NCBI GenBank assembly: GCA_963796965.1
Contig: CAWCNS010000005.1
Coordinates: 320,001-384,000, forward strand
Reading direction: 5' to 3'
Length of the DNA stretch: 64,000 bases
From: Calditrichia bacterium
GTDB lineage: Bacteria > Calditrichota > Calditrichia > JAJRVZ01
In this document: positions 1-9,751 of the stretch, in pieces
How the letters are laid out: each line of letters starts with the position of its first letter
Numbering within the stretch: the stretch's first letter is position 1
Made by a program: the position numbers and the translations under genes
Notes under the pieces: model-generated
What the model saw: only the letters and a program-made list of their open reading frames with translations
What the model was told of the DNA's origin: nothing
Databases searched by the model: none

Positions 1-1221
1 GCGTCTACCAAGCCATCTTTTCCATGCCTTCATCAGATATTCATAGTATACTTCAAGGGACTTGTAGTTGCTGCGTACACCATAGTATTGATAGTGTCCT
101 CTTAACTTTGAGTTAAGAAGTTCCCACTGTTCCTTGATATTAATATGGCGATTATTCCGGCACCACTTCCATATAGCTTTCATGGAACGATTTAATTTCT
201 TCTTTGCTGTTTTGCGTTTCACTATCCAATATCCATTTCGCGATTTTGCCCAGTAATGCGTGAATCCAAGAAAGTCAAAAGTACCTGCACCTTTGGAGGT
301 ATCATTTCCTGATGATGGCTTTCTGAAATCGATTAGTTTTGTCTTCTCTGTGTGAATCGTAAGACCGTAACGGTTGAACCGATTCGGCAGTACTTTCATT
401 ACGCGACTGGCATCTTCTTCTGTATCAAAGCCAATAATAAAGTCATCAGCATAACGAATAAGAAAACATCTGCCCGTTAAACGTGGCTTGATCATTTCTT
501 CGAACCATTCATCCAAAACATAATGCAGATAGATATTGGCCAACAAGGGCGATATTACACCACCCTGCGGTGTACCTGTATCCGGATACGATAATTCTTT
601 TCCGTCAAGCACACCAGCGTTGAGCCATTTTCCTATCAGGCGGATTATTCTGCCGTCGTTGACTCGCGCTTGGATAAATTCACGTAAATGTTCATGGTTA
701 ATATTGTCGAAAAATCCTTTAATGTCTGCATCGATAATCCAGCCTATATTTAGTCTACGGATATTTCCCCGAATCTCTTTGATGGCCTGATGCTGGCTGT
801 GACCTTTTCTGAATCCATGTGAGTGATCATAGAAATCATGTTCATAGATGTGAGAAAGTATCATCTCTGCCGCTTTCTGGACAATCTTGTCTTCAAATTC
901 AGGAATACCTAATGGACGTTTCTTTCCATCATCCTTATCGATCCATTGTCGTTTTACAGGCGGCGCTTTATAGCGCATTACCTTTAATTGTTCATGCAGG
1001 AGGATAAGGTTTTCTTCGAGATGCTCCGCATAATCTTGCGCCGTTTGCCCGGATACACCGGGAACTGCATCCTTACGTAAATGTGCGTGTGCTTCTCTCA
1101 GCAGATTAATGTCAATTAGATGGAATATCGCCGTAAACTGAAATGTTGGATCGCTCTTTGCAAGTTCCGCAATTCGCTTCAGTTTCGGTGATATGGTTGG
1201 TAATCCCTGCGTATTTCCCAT
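1..1221 (-). CDS. ltrA: Group II intron reverse transcriptase/maturase (3'-truncated by window edge)
   Basis: Manual translation, not in ORF track: MGNTQGLPTISPKLKRIAELAK...KRPLGIPEFEDKIVQ...GTPQGGVISPLLANIYLHYVLDEWF...RCFLIRYADDFIIGF...FDFLGFTHYW. RT motifs include YADD; N-terminus resembles bacterial class D/E IEPs. Confidence 0.95.
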   Translation of the reverse strand, partial: MGNTQGLPTISPKLKRIAELAKSDPTFQFTAIFHLIDINLLREAHAHLRKDAVPGVSGQTAQDYAEHLEENLILLHEQLKVMRYKAPPVKRQWIDKDDGKKRPLGIPEFEDKIVQKAAEMILSHIYEHDFYDHSHGFRKGHSQHQAIKEIRGNIRRLNIGWIIDADIKGFFDNINHEHLREFIQARVNDGRIIRLIGKWLNAGVLDGKELSYPDTGTPQGGVISPLLANIYLHYVLDEWFEEMIKPRLTGRCFLIRYADDFIIGFDTEEDASRVMKVLPNRFNRYGLTIHTEKTKLIDFRKPSSGNDTSKGAGTFDFLGFTHYWAKSRNGYWIVKRKTAKKKLNRSMKAIWKWCRNNRHINIKEQWELLNSKLRGHYQYYGVRSNYKSLEVYYEYLMKAWKRWLGRR

Positions 1222-1924
1222 AGTTCCCCAAAGTGAAACGTTATGCCCGGCTTCTCCTTCGCTACAGTGGATCGTTTGGGTCTCACTTCTCCACCTTATC
1301 AATCCGGAGATATGATTCCAGACCGTCGCTACTATGATCCGCTAAGACTGCCATAAGCCCATTTCTGGTCGCTTCGCTTTCGCTATTGCTTCCAGATACC
1401 TTGCAGACTCTTTCCTTTGTATTTCCAATATTGGACTCAACACCACGGATTAGAGTCAACCATGGTGTGCCGGGGTTTTACCTTAGATGGAAGGATTCCC
1501 TTTACCTTGTTCCTTTTAAAGGAGACAGATGGCTCTCTCAAGTTCCCGGATTATCCCTTTGAAAATATGCCCCGCTCGTGATTACAGACCCCGGTGGTGT
1601 CTTATAAACTCACCATATCATCTATAAGACTGCTGCCTTCTGTGCTGCTCAAAGCCGTCGGCTTTCTCCGCCAGATGGCGGGTTATCCTAATGACCACAA
1701 CTATACATATTTCGGGGCTCGGTGACGCGGCCTACTTTCTTGATTCCTCCAGCTTCGTACCTCCATTACTGGTTTTGCACGTGGAGTTCACTATTACCCT
1801 GCTGGTTAGGCTTTGGGTAAGTGGGACTTGCACCGGATATGATCAGCACGCACCCACTGGATAATAATGTCGAATTTCATCCCGTTTACGGAAATCCCAA
1901 CGACCCGGATTTATCTTGACACGA
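1..1924 (-). mobile_element. Group II intron (5' part; 3' end with DV/DVI lies outside the window)
   Basis: About 700 nt of GC-richer non-coding RNA domain (1222-1924) precedes an RT/maturase ORF. Candidate EBS1 UGAGCAG (1651-1645) is complementary to exon CUGCUCA (1931-1925), placing the 5' boundary at ~1924/1922. Confidence 0.88.
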
Positions 1925-2621
1925 TGAGCAGATTGTTAGACGATGTTGTGACATTACAAAACTATGTTTAATCGCCAATGTATCCTGAATGATTAGAACT
2001 TGCTTGAAAACTCATCCATGTGAGCGGCTTGCTTGGTATGACTTATCGATTCAAGGAGCAATTGAATGTGTTATGAAGAAACATTCATAATAACGCGCCT
2101 GACTATTCGATTAGCAGCCCCATCACATAGAAAAATATTTCTGACTTAGTCCCCTCATCTGGCAAAATTGGACAATAGGGAATTTTTAAACTATGTAAAT
2201 CTCTTACCTGAAATAATCTAAAAAACAAACTATAGCGAACATGGCGACTAACTATTTATTAAGCATAATGCTTACATTTATATTTTTTAAATAATTCTAT
2301 TTAATACCTATGTGATATATTTCCTATAATATAGTAAACCTATGACTTACCATTTGTCTAATATCAGGAACCATTCATGGTGTACAAAATTTCATGGATT
2401 GATTATTTGTACTAGGAATATAGCGCAAAAATGCAAATAAGTGCTAGATTTGCTATGATAAATGTGGAAAATATGAAAAATAACAGTATTAGATTTTAAC
2501 ATTTATCCATATTTGCATTCTGCACAGATTCTACCTTTGCTATGTAAATTCCTTCTTTTTTATTAATCTTGTTCTCGAGTAAATAATAGTTAATTGGCAT
2601 TTTGATAATCCCAATTCTTGA

Positions 2622-3000
2622 GACAAAAGGCCTGGCAAAAATATGCATGGCCATCCAACACCCATTAAACTATGCTGTTTCCCCAAGCCCTCAAGACTCA
2701 ATCAGGGTTTACTACCGTCATATAAAGAGAATATATCGTTACCGCCGTCTACTTTGTAGTCCTTACCTGAATGAATCAGCGTTCCTTACGGTAATGGCTA
2801 AGCCATCCTTACGAATTATAGCAGGTGTTCGTTATTCCCGTAACCCTGCAGCCGTGATTCTCGTAACACCTTACCCGATACCAGGGTAACGGCTTGACCA
2901 TCATTGGCGTAAGGGCCTGGTCCTTACGAAGACAATGTTCTCCGGCTTAACAACTAAATGACCGGCGCCTTACCAGAATGATGAGAGCATCCATACGGAC
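2622..3000 (-). ncRNA. Candidate structured ncRNA with repeated GUAAGGA+hairpin units (family unknown)
   Basis: GC-richer island in AT-rich DNA with no credible ORF; six GTAAGG copies on the minus strand; long helix 2984-2960 with 2922-2898; terminator-like hairpin plus U-tract at 2652-2625. Confidence 0.6.
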
Positions 3001-3138
3001 TAATTGATCTCTCTAATGTTACCATATGCAACTCTCAAACATGCCAGTAAAAACCTCACCATGCATGGTTAAGAAACACAACTGCAGATTAGAATGAAAT
3101 ATTTAAGATTCTTCTCAAGTCACAACTGCAAATTATCC

Positions 3139-3276
3139 TTACTTCTTATAAATCATCTTTAAAAATACAGGTAATCCGTGAAAATGATCGATATGATCAG
3201 GAGCAGTATTCCCGGTGAAACCAAGGATACTGAGGCCATTTATTTTTGTCTCACTCATCATCTGCATACCTACCGG
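3139..3276 (-). pseudogene. Isolated 3'-end fragment (45 codons + stop) homologous to the end of gene 8732..9706
   Basis: Ungapped 138-bp match to 8732-8869 (122/138 by manual count); translates PVGMQMMSETKINGLSILGFTGNTAPDHIDHFHGLPVFLKMIYKK*. Confidence 0.9.
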
Positions 3277-3677
3277 CTTCAAAAATTATTTATTGGCCAT
3301 TATATTTTTTCTATTGAAAGAAGTTTTATCAAATTAGAGCATTGTCGATGAATTAGTCTCTTCATATGGTTTTTTAAAACAACTTTATCGGGGCCACCTG
3401 TCATTAAAATTAGGAATTTTTGGGAATTTAGGATGAGGGTCTAATTGATACCAAGAAGCAAAGGAGCAAATCTTTTAGGTCTCCAACTTCACTCTCCATA
3501 TTTTCTTCAAAATAGTGCTTGATCGATTCGATTAGCTGGACTTTTTTATCCTGGGGTAATATTATACTCATGCGAATTCCTTGTTTTATTTACACATAAA
3601 TATTGTTAAGAAAAAATTGATAGGCATTTAAACGATTGTAAAACAGTATACATCGATTTTTTTAATCATCAACATTC

Positions 3678-3830
3678 CTAGAACAATGTATATATAAATG
3701 GCGCTATAGCTGAACCTTGTGCTAGTACAATCAACATACCCATTAGAAGCAAAATAAGAATGATTGGTGCTAACCAATATTTCTTACGTGCTTTCAGAAA
3801 ACCCCATAAATCTTTCATTAATTCTATCAT
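3678..3830 (-). CDS. DUF5989/SxtK-like small membrane protein (50 aa)
   Basis: Manual translation MIELMKDLWGFLKARKKYWLAPIILILLLMGMLIVLAQGSAIAPFIYTLF; the APFIYTLF end is characteristic; TAATG overlap with the upstream gene. Confidence 0.9.
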   Translation of the reverse strand: MIELMKDLWGFLKARKKYWLAPIILILLLMGMLIVLAQGSAIAPFIYTLF

Positions 3831-4234
3831 TAATACACCTTTTCCATATGATCTTTAGATTGTTTATTACTCTCTTCCCAATAAGAAGTGAGTGATTTAT
3901 CACCAAACTGTCTATTCATTGGATCTTTGCCTAACACTTTAAATATTAATGCTACTGGAGTAAAGACAAAGAAAAAGACAATGCTAAGAATAATTATTGT
4001 ATTAATAGTCCCGACAATATGACCAATCATCATCCATTGTTTGTGGATCACAGCCAATTTCATTGGCACCAGTAAAGCCAAGAGAAGAAAAATCCCAGAA
4101 ACAATCCAAGGCCAATAGGGTATGCTTGTGCTAAAAATAAATGGAAAAAATAAGCCAAATAATAGCGCAATAAAAATTGCCATGATAAGACCAAATTTTC
4201 GGTAACCCGCTTTATCTAAAGTATCAACTTTCAT
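3830..4234 (-). CDS. SxtJ-family membrane protein
   Basis: RKFGL...WM..G...G.IN..IIL...FF..FTP...GKDPM..SYW pattern; lies between carbamoyltransferase and DUF5989. Confidence 0.85.
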   Translation of the reverse strand: MKVDTLDKAGYRKFGLIMAIFIALLFGLFFPFIFSTSIPYWPWIVSGIFLLLALLVPMKLAVIHKQWMMIGHIVGTINTIIILSIVFFFVFTPVALIFKVLGKDPMNRQFGDKSLTSYWEESNKQSKDHMEKVY

Positions 4235-4246
4235 TTTAATTTCCTG

Positions 4247-6095
4247 TTAATCTAGTTCAAATTCATCCTTCCACGAATCATCCTGTTTGCGTTTTGGCTG
4301 ATCAACTTTAGCCAATACAACATTTTCAAGGACTAAATAATCCATTTCTGTACGCATAAAGCACCGATAGGCATCTTCAGGGGTACATACAATTGGCTCT
4401 CCACGCACATTGAAAGAGGTGTTAATGAGCACTGGACAGCCCGTAATCTTCTCAAAATGATCCAGTAGGTTCCAATATCTGTAATTCGTTTCCTTGTGTA
4501 CAGTCTGCACTCGTGCAGAGTAGTCTACATGGGTAATTGCAGGGATTTGAGAGCGTGGAATTTTTAGTTTTTCAATACCAAATAGTTGTTTCTGCCCTTC
4601 ATTCATTGGAATCTGTTTGTCTTTTCTAACTTGTGCAACTAATAACATATAGGGACTAATTCCTTTAATATCAAACCAATCAGAAACACATTCTGCTTTG
4701 ACGGAGGGTGCAAATGGTCTAAATGATTCACGATATTTAATCTTCAGATTCATGGTTGATTGCATAGTTAAACTGCGTGGGTCACCAAGAATTGACCGTC
4801 CACCTAATGCGCGTGGGCCAAACTCCATTGCACCCTGAAACCAGCCAACTACTTTCTCATTGTTAAGGACACCAGCCACTTTAGGATATAATTCGGCATC
4901 AGCAAGTATATTATACTTTGCATTAACAGAGTCTAAATAGGTAGTAATTTCGGATTCATAATATGAAGGCCCAAGATATGAGCCGCGAGTTGAATCTGTT
5001 TTATCATCAGCGTTACGTTCATTATCAAGATACTCATGCCAAATTGAAAGTGCTGCACCAATTGCACCGCCTGCATCACCAGCCGCTGGCTGAATCCAGA
5101 TATCATCAAACATTCCTTCACGTAGTAATTTGCCATTAGCGACACAATTGAGTGCTACACCACCCGCTAGGCAAAGATAATTTGCGTCAAGTTTCTCTTT
5201 AATAGTCATACCAATGCGCATTATCACTTCTTCAATTACAACTTGTATTGAACGTGCAATATCCATTTCTCTTTGAGTGATTTCAGATTCGCCCTCTCTG
5301 CGTGGTGCGCCAAATAATTTGTCAAACTTTGCATTGGTCATCGTTAAACCAGTGGCGTAGTTAAAGTACTTCATATTTAGACGAAAACTACCATCCGGTT
5401 TAGCATCAATCAGGCTGACTGTAAATAAGGTCGACATACTTAGGTTCCCCATAAGGAGCCAGCCCCATAAGCTTATATTCGCCTGAATTTACTCTGAAGC
5501 CGGTATAATAAGTAAAAGCAGAATATAGCAGACCTAAAGAGTGAGGGAAATCAATTTCCCAACAAGGATCTATATTATTACCCTCCCCTCGCCAAACCGT
5601 GATCGTTGCCCATTCACCCACACCATCAATGCACAAAATGGCCGCTTTTTTATAGGGTGATGGGAAAAAGGCAGAGGCTGCATGTGACTGGTGATGCTCC
5701 GTAAACATGAGCTGTGGTAATTTTTTCTTCTCTAATCCAGATAACGCAGATAACTCTCGCTTTAGGGTTTCCTTTAAAAATAACTTTTCTTTCAACCATA
5801 TGGGCATTGCCATAAGAAAAGAACGTAATCCACGGGGTGCATAAGCAATGTATGTCTCTAGTAATCTTTCAAATTTAACGAAAGGTTTGTCATAAAATAC
5901 CACATAATCAATATCGGCTAAACAAAGATCCGCTTTTTTTAAGACAAATTGAATTGCATTTTTAGGAAATGATAGATCATGCTTTTTACGGGTAAAACGC
6001 TCCTCTTGAGCAGCAGCCACAATCTTACCATCAACGACCAAAGCGGCTGCACTATCATGATAATATGATGAAATGCCAATTATTTTTATACTCAC
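4247..6095 (-). CDS. NodU/CmcH/SxtI-family O-carbamoyltransferase (one frameshift near 5410-5420)
   Basis: N-part GISSYYHDSAAA, EERFTRKKH, EHHQSHAASAF, DGVGE, GEYKLMGLAPYG; C-part AGGVALNCVANG, EFGPRALGGRS, NTSFNVRGEP, split over two overlapping ORFs. Confidence 0.92.
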
Positions 6096-6274
6096 ATGTA
6101 CTTCTCGTTTATACGCTGGGATTTACCTGGCTAACGACACTACAGACATCCCAGCACATAGGCGAGTCCTTTTAAGCAGATTATTAAACCAACGATGTTA
6201 TTTTAAAAATAATGTACTATCAGATTTATAGATTTTCATAATGGTTCTCTTTTTTGTCTTGATTCTTTTTTTGA

Positions 6275-8240
6275 CTATCGGCCCAAAGCCTTACGCGCAC
6301 GTGCGAGATTTGATGCAGCGTCATTGTTATTAGGATCTAGTTGTAAAGCCTTAGCAAAATTCTCATAAGCAGCGCTGAGATTTCCCCTCTCGGCAAGTAT
6401 AATGCCGAGGTTATTGTACGTTTCAGCATGGTTAGGATTATGCTCCAGGGCAACCCTATAGGCAGCTTCCGCCTGCTTCATCTTGCCGAGAGTTTGAAGC
6501 ACAATACCTAAGTCGTAATGTACATCATCCAGATTTGGATCCAGACGGATGGCTGTCTCAAGTTCCACTTTAGCTTCGACCGTACGGCTGAGCTTGGATA
6601 ATAGCACACCATAGGTGTGATGTGTACTTGCATTCCATGGATTGAGGCGTACCGCTTCCTGATAATGGACTAATGCAGCTTCTATATTACCTGATTGCAT
6701 CAGTAGGGCCCCTTTTTGCCCATGGGCTTCACTATCCTCAGGAATAATGTCTACGGCAAGGTTAACCAGACGCTCAGACTTCATCTTCTTTGCCCGCCCA
6801 CGATAACACTTTAGACAGATTTCTGAGCGCCACAGCATGCTCTTTCTCATCAAGACTGTTCACCAGATTTTCACTGATTTCGGCAATCAAAGACTCATTC
6901 CATGTCGCAACCGGGGAGACCATTCCTTCCTGCGTCATTTCCTCGACGATGGCTAATGCGAGTAATCGGTTACCCTCGATTGTTGGATGTACGTGATCCA
7001 AAAACAACTCCGATCCAGGGATGCCGTTAGCCGAGTGTTCGTTCACCATTCGATCAAAATCGATAAATCCCGTGTTTTTAATTTGTGCAACATCGGATAC
7101 GATCTTGCTGAAAGGTGTTAAGGCCCGCAATGGACAAATATCCTCATCTCTGGCTTGTATGAATGCACTTCGCGCTTCATCTATGCGATCGAGAGCGAGG
7201 AGAGCCCGCGCATAGAGGTATAGTAAGTCGGCATCGCGACCATCTAGAGCTAGTGCTTCTTTGGCGACTTTCACCGCACGGACGTAGTCTTCTTCGTCTA
7301 TGGCTGCCTTCACCAAACCCTTGAGCATATCAACCCGCTTTACATCAACATCATTCAACATGGGACTGGGTTCGGTTTTGAATGGTGAGAAGTCTCGAAT
7401 GTTGGATGCGGGCGTTACTAGAATCATCTTCGCTCCAGCACGTTCTCCGATGTTCGTCATACGGAGCAAGCTAGTCTCGTAGTCATCGAGTATGGCATCA
7501 CGCATCTCATCATCCCTGTGATAATCTTCAGGTCCGACAGAGTTGTCGAGCAATGGCTTAACCTCTGTGGTAAGGACTGCGTCACGCTTGTAGGTGATAT
7601 CGTAAAGCACACTGTACAACCTCATATGTGACGCCAATACACCAAGGCTACGAACGAACTCAGGTACTTTCAGAACCTTGTTGTACGTCCTTGATTCGAG
7701 GAACTCGTTATGCCCTGAATAAACAATAAATAGATCTGGTTCATATTCTGCCAGTTCTTCCATAAGTCTGGCTACACGGTAACTCGCATAGCTGATACCT
7801 CCTGCGTTAATGACCTCCCAGCGACGACTGGGATCGACCGCCGGAAGAAATTGGCGCAGCCAGCCGCAAAACGATGTTAGGTCATTGTATGGGCGTCCAT
7901 AGGTTGTAGATCCACCCATACAGAAGATGCGGGTAGTGCCTTTAGCCTTAGGTGCCGGAAAGGTCTGCGGGTTAAACCAACGGAACTTGTTGTGTGCGGT
8001 CCTAAAGATTTGCTCTCCATTAGGTTCAGTGTGATTGGTAAACAGCGGTGCGTATCCGGAGAAGCCAACAGAAGGATCAGTGCGCTCGTAAAGCGGCACT
8101 ACTCCGGATGCCATAAGAATCAACTCAACCAGGATGAAGAATACTATAGCGACGCCAAAGCCCATTATGTACTTCTTTACGATAGCGACCATAATGAATA
8201 TCCTCTCTTCATCAAGATACATGTGTTCGAAACAGCCCAT
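6275..8240 (-). CDS. SGNH/GDSL-hydrolase-like domain plus TPR repeat protein (frameshift near 6780-6850)
   Basis: GGSTTYG, NAGGISYAS, GHNEF and DHVHPT SGNH blocks; TPR repeats in both ORFs; N-terminal TM helix (probable start at MVAIVKK, ~8192). Confidence 0.85.
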
Positions 8241-8731
8241 GAACTTTTGGACATTTTGGATGCTTTTTCACATTCAAATTGTATGAAATATTGATACATT
8301 GCCCTCACCTCTTTTTCTCCGATAGAATGAAATATATGCAAAGTGATGTCTCATGCAATTTTTTTAAATTTTGGACAATATAATTTTTCTTACTCTCTAA
8401 AAATTATGAACTGCAAAAATTACAGAGGATGATTCACATCAAATTTAAAAATGATATTACACAATTTTCATCCACTGTGGAATTCTTCTTGCGAACAGCA
8501 TTCAGAATAATTTAAAAAATAATAAGTATAGAAAAACTAGTGTTTAAATCCACACTGAAAGAACATTATTATATTCAAACTTAGTCGTGTAGATTTAACA
8601 CACATAACTATAGGTTAAGTGGTATGTTTACATACATACCTATTAAATATTTACATAAAATATCGATATGATTTATTTCCAGTACTGATGTTTTTCAAAA
8701 ATCATATCCCCTTATTTAGGGTAAAATATCC

Positions 8732-9706
8732 CTATTTCTTAGAGACCATTTTTAAAAATACAGGTAATCCATGAAAATGATCGATATGATCAGGAGCACT
8801 ATTCCCCGCAAAACCAAGGATACTGAGGCCATTTATGCTCGTCTCACTTATCATCTGCATACCTACTGGTCCCCATTTTAACACAGGTTCTCTCTTTAAA
8901 TTTAATGCATTAATAATAAAATCAGCGGTTTCGGTAGTGCTGGCATAGGTGCCTGGAAATATCTCTGAATGGGTCATCAGAAATCGTTTTTCATCTTTCA
9001 TGGCTAAACGGGCGAATTCTACAAATCCATTTAGCTTTTCCGTATTTAGTTTGCCGCCTTGCGACAAGACACGACCAGATGGGATATAATCCGTATGCAG
9101 ACCATCAAGTAGTACTATGCCATCCAGGATTGATTGATGATTTCTTAAGATGGCCCTTACGGCCCCATACCCTGCGCTGAAGGAACTTAAAAAAACCCGC
9201 GAAGCATTCACATCTATCGATTTTCTTGCAGAGACTGAATCAAGAATCACCTCAATTAATTGAGGAAATAGGGCCTCATTTAAAAATGGCTTTTCATAAA
9301 CCGAAGAACCAGAGCCCAAATTGACAACGGCGAGAATACTATTCTGTTTTGAATGATAGGCCGCATACTTAGGAACATAACTTACGCCATGAAAATGGAA
9401 AAACAGAACAACAGGTCTCTGATCATTCCATTGATTTGAAAAATAGATTTCAACCGGTTTGGATAAAATAGTGTTTATAAGAAATGAACTGCCTGGAATC
9501 GTATCTGCTTCTAAACGTTCGTGGGCACGAATGGACTCTACCATTGGCGATGGAAATTGATTCATCCCTGGTTGTTCCTGTTTCTCTGATACACACCCAG
9601 AGAATAAAAGAAACCATGGGATAAAAACCACATATATATGATAGTAAAAAGTCATATTGATATTAAAAGATTTTGCCCTGCCACAGACTGTGATAGTCTG
9701 TGGCAA
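8732..9706 (-). CDS. Hypothetical exported/lipoprotein with probable alpha/beta-hydrolase fold
   Basis: Lipobox-like FSGC; FHFHG and LSSFSAGYGAVR nucleophile-elbow-like motif; LLDGLH; true start probably MTFYY (~9655). Confidence 0.6.
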   Translation of the reverse strand: MPQTITVCGRAKSFNINMTFYYHIYVVFIPWFLLFSGCVSEKQEQPGMNQFPSPMVESIRAHERLEADTIPGSSFLINTILSKPVEIYFSNQWNDQRPVVLFFHFHGVSYVPKYAAYHSKQNSILAVVNLGSGSSVYEKPFLNEALFPQLIEVILDSVSARKSIDVNASRVFLSSFSAGYGAVRAILRNHQSILDGIVLLDGLHTDYIPSGRVLSQGGKLNTEKLNGFVEFARLAMKDEKRFLMTHSEIFPGTYASTTETADFIINALNLKREPVLKWGPVGMQMISETSINGLSILGFAGNSAPDHIDHFHGLPVFLKMVSKK

Positions 9707-9751
9707 ATTATAAAAATATAGGCCATGGCAAGTTTGATATATCCGCCTGAT

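Noticed and set aside
536..1007. + strand ORFs 536..790 and 819..1007
   Set aside because: Antisense shadows of the intron RT gene.
2602..2889. 95-aa + strand ORF
   Set aside because: TTG start, no RBS or recognisable motif; overlaps the structured RNA candidate on the opposite strand.
2700..3000. CRISPR array
   Set aside because: The conserved unit is only ~7 nt, the spacers are ~16 nt and self-folding, and no cas genes are present.
3028..3047. Sigma-54 promoter (TGGCA...TTGCA, minus strand) for the RNA candidate
   Set aside because: GG-to-GC spacing is 14 nt rather than the required 10.
3678..6095. Saxitoxin biosynthesis cluster
   Set aside because: Only sxtI/J/K-like genes are present; there is no sxtA, sxtG or other core gene.
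1..8869. Diversity-generating retroelement (RT plus repeat pair 3139-3276 / 8732-8869 as TR/VR)
   Set aside because: Mismatches are not adenine-specific (7/16 or 4/16 at A on the coding strand, depending on which copy is taken as template) and are mostly at third positions. The RT has group II features (PQGG, YADD, upstream ribozyme domains).
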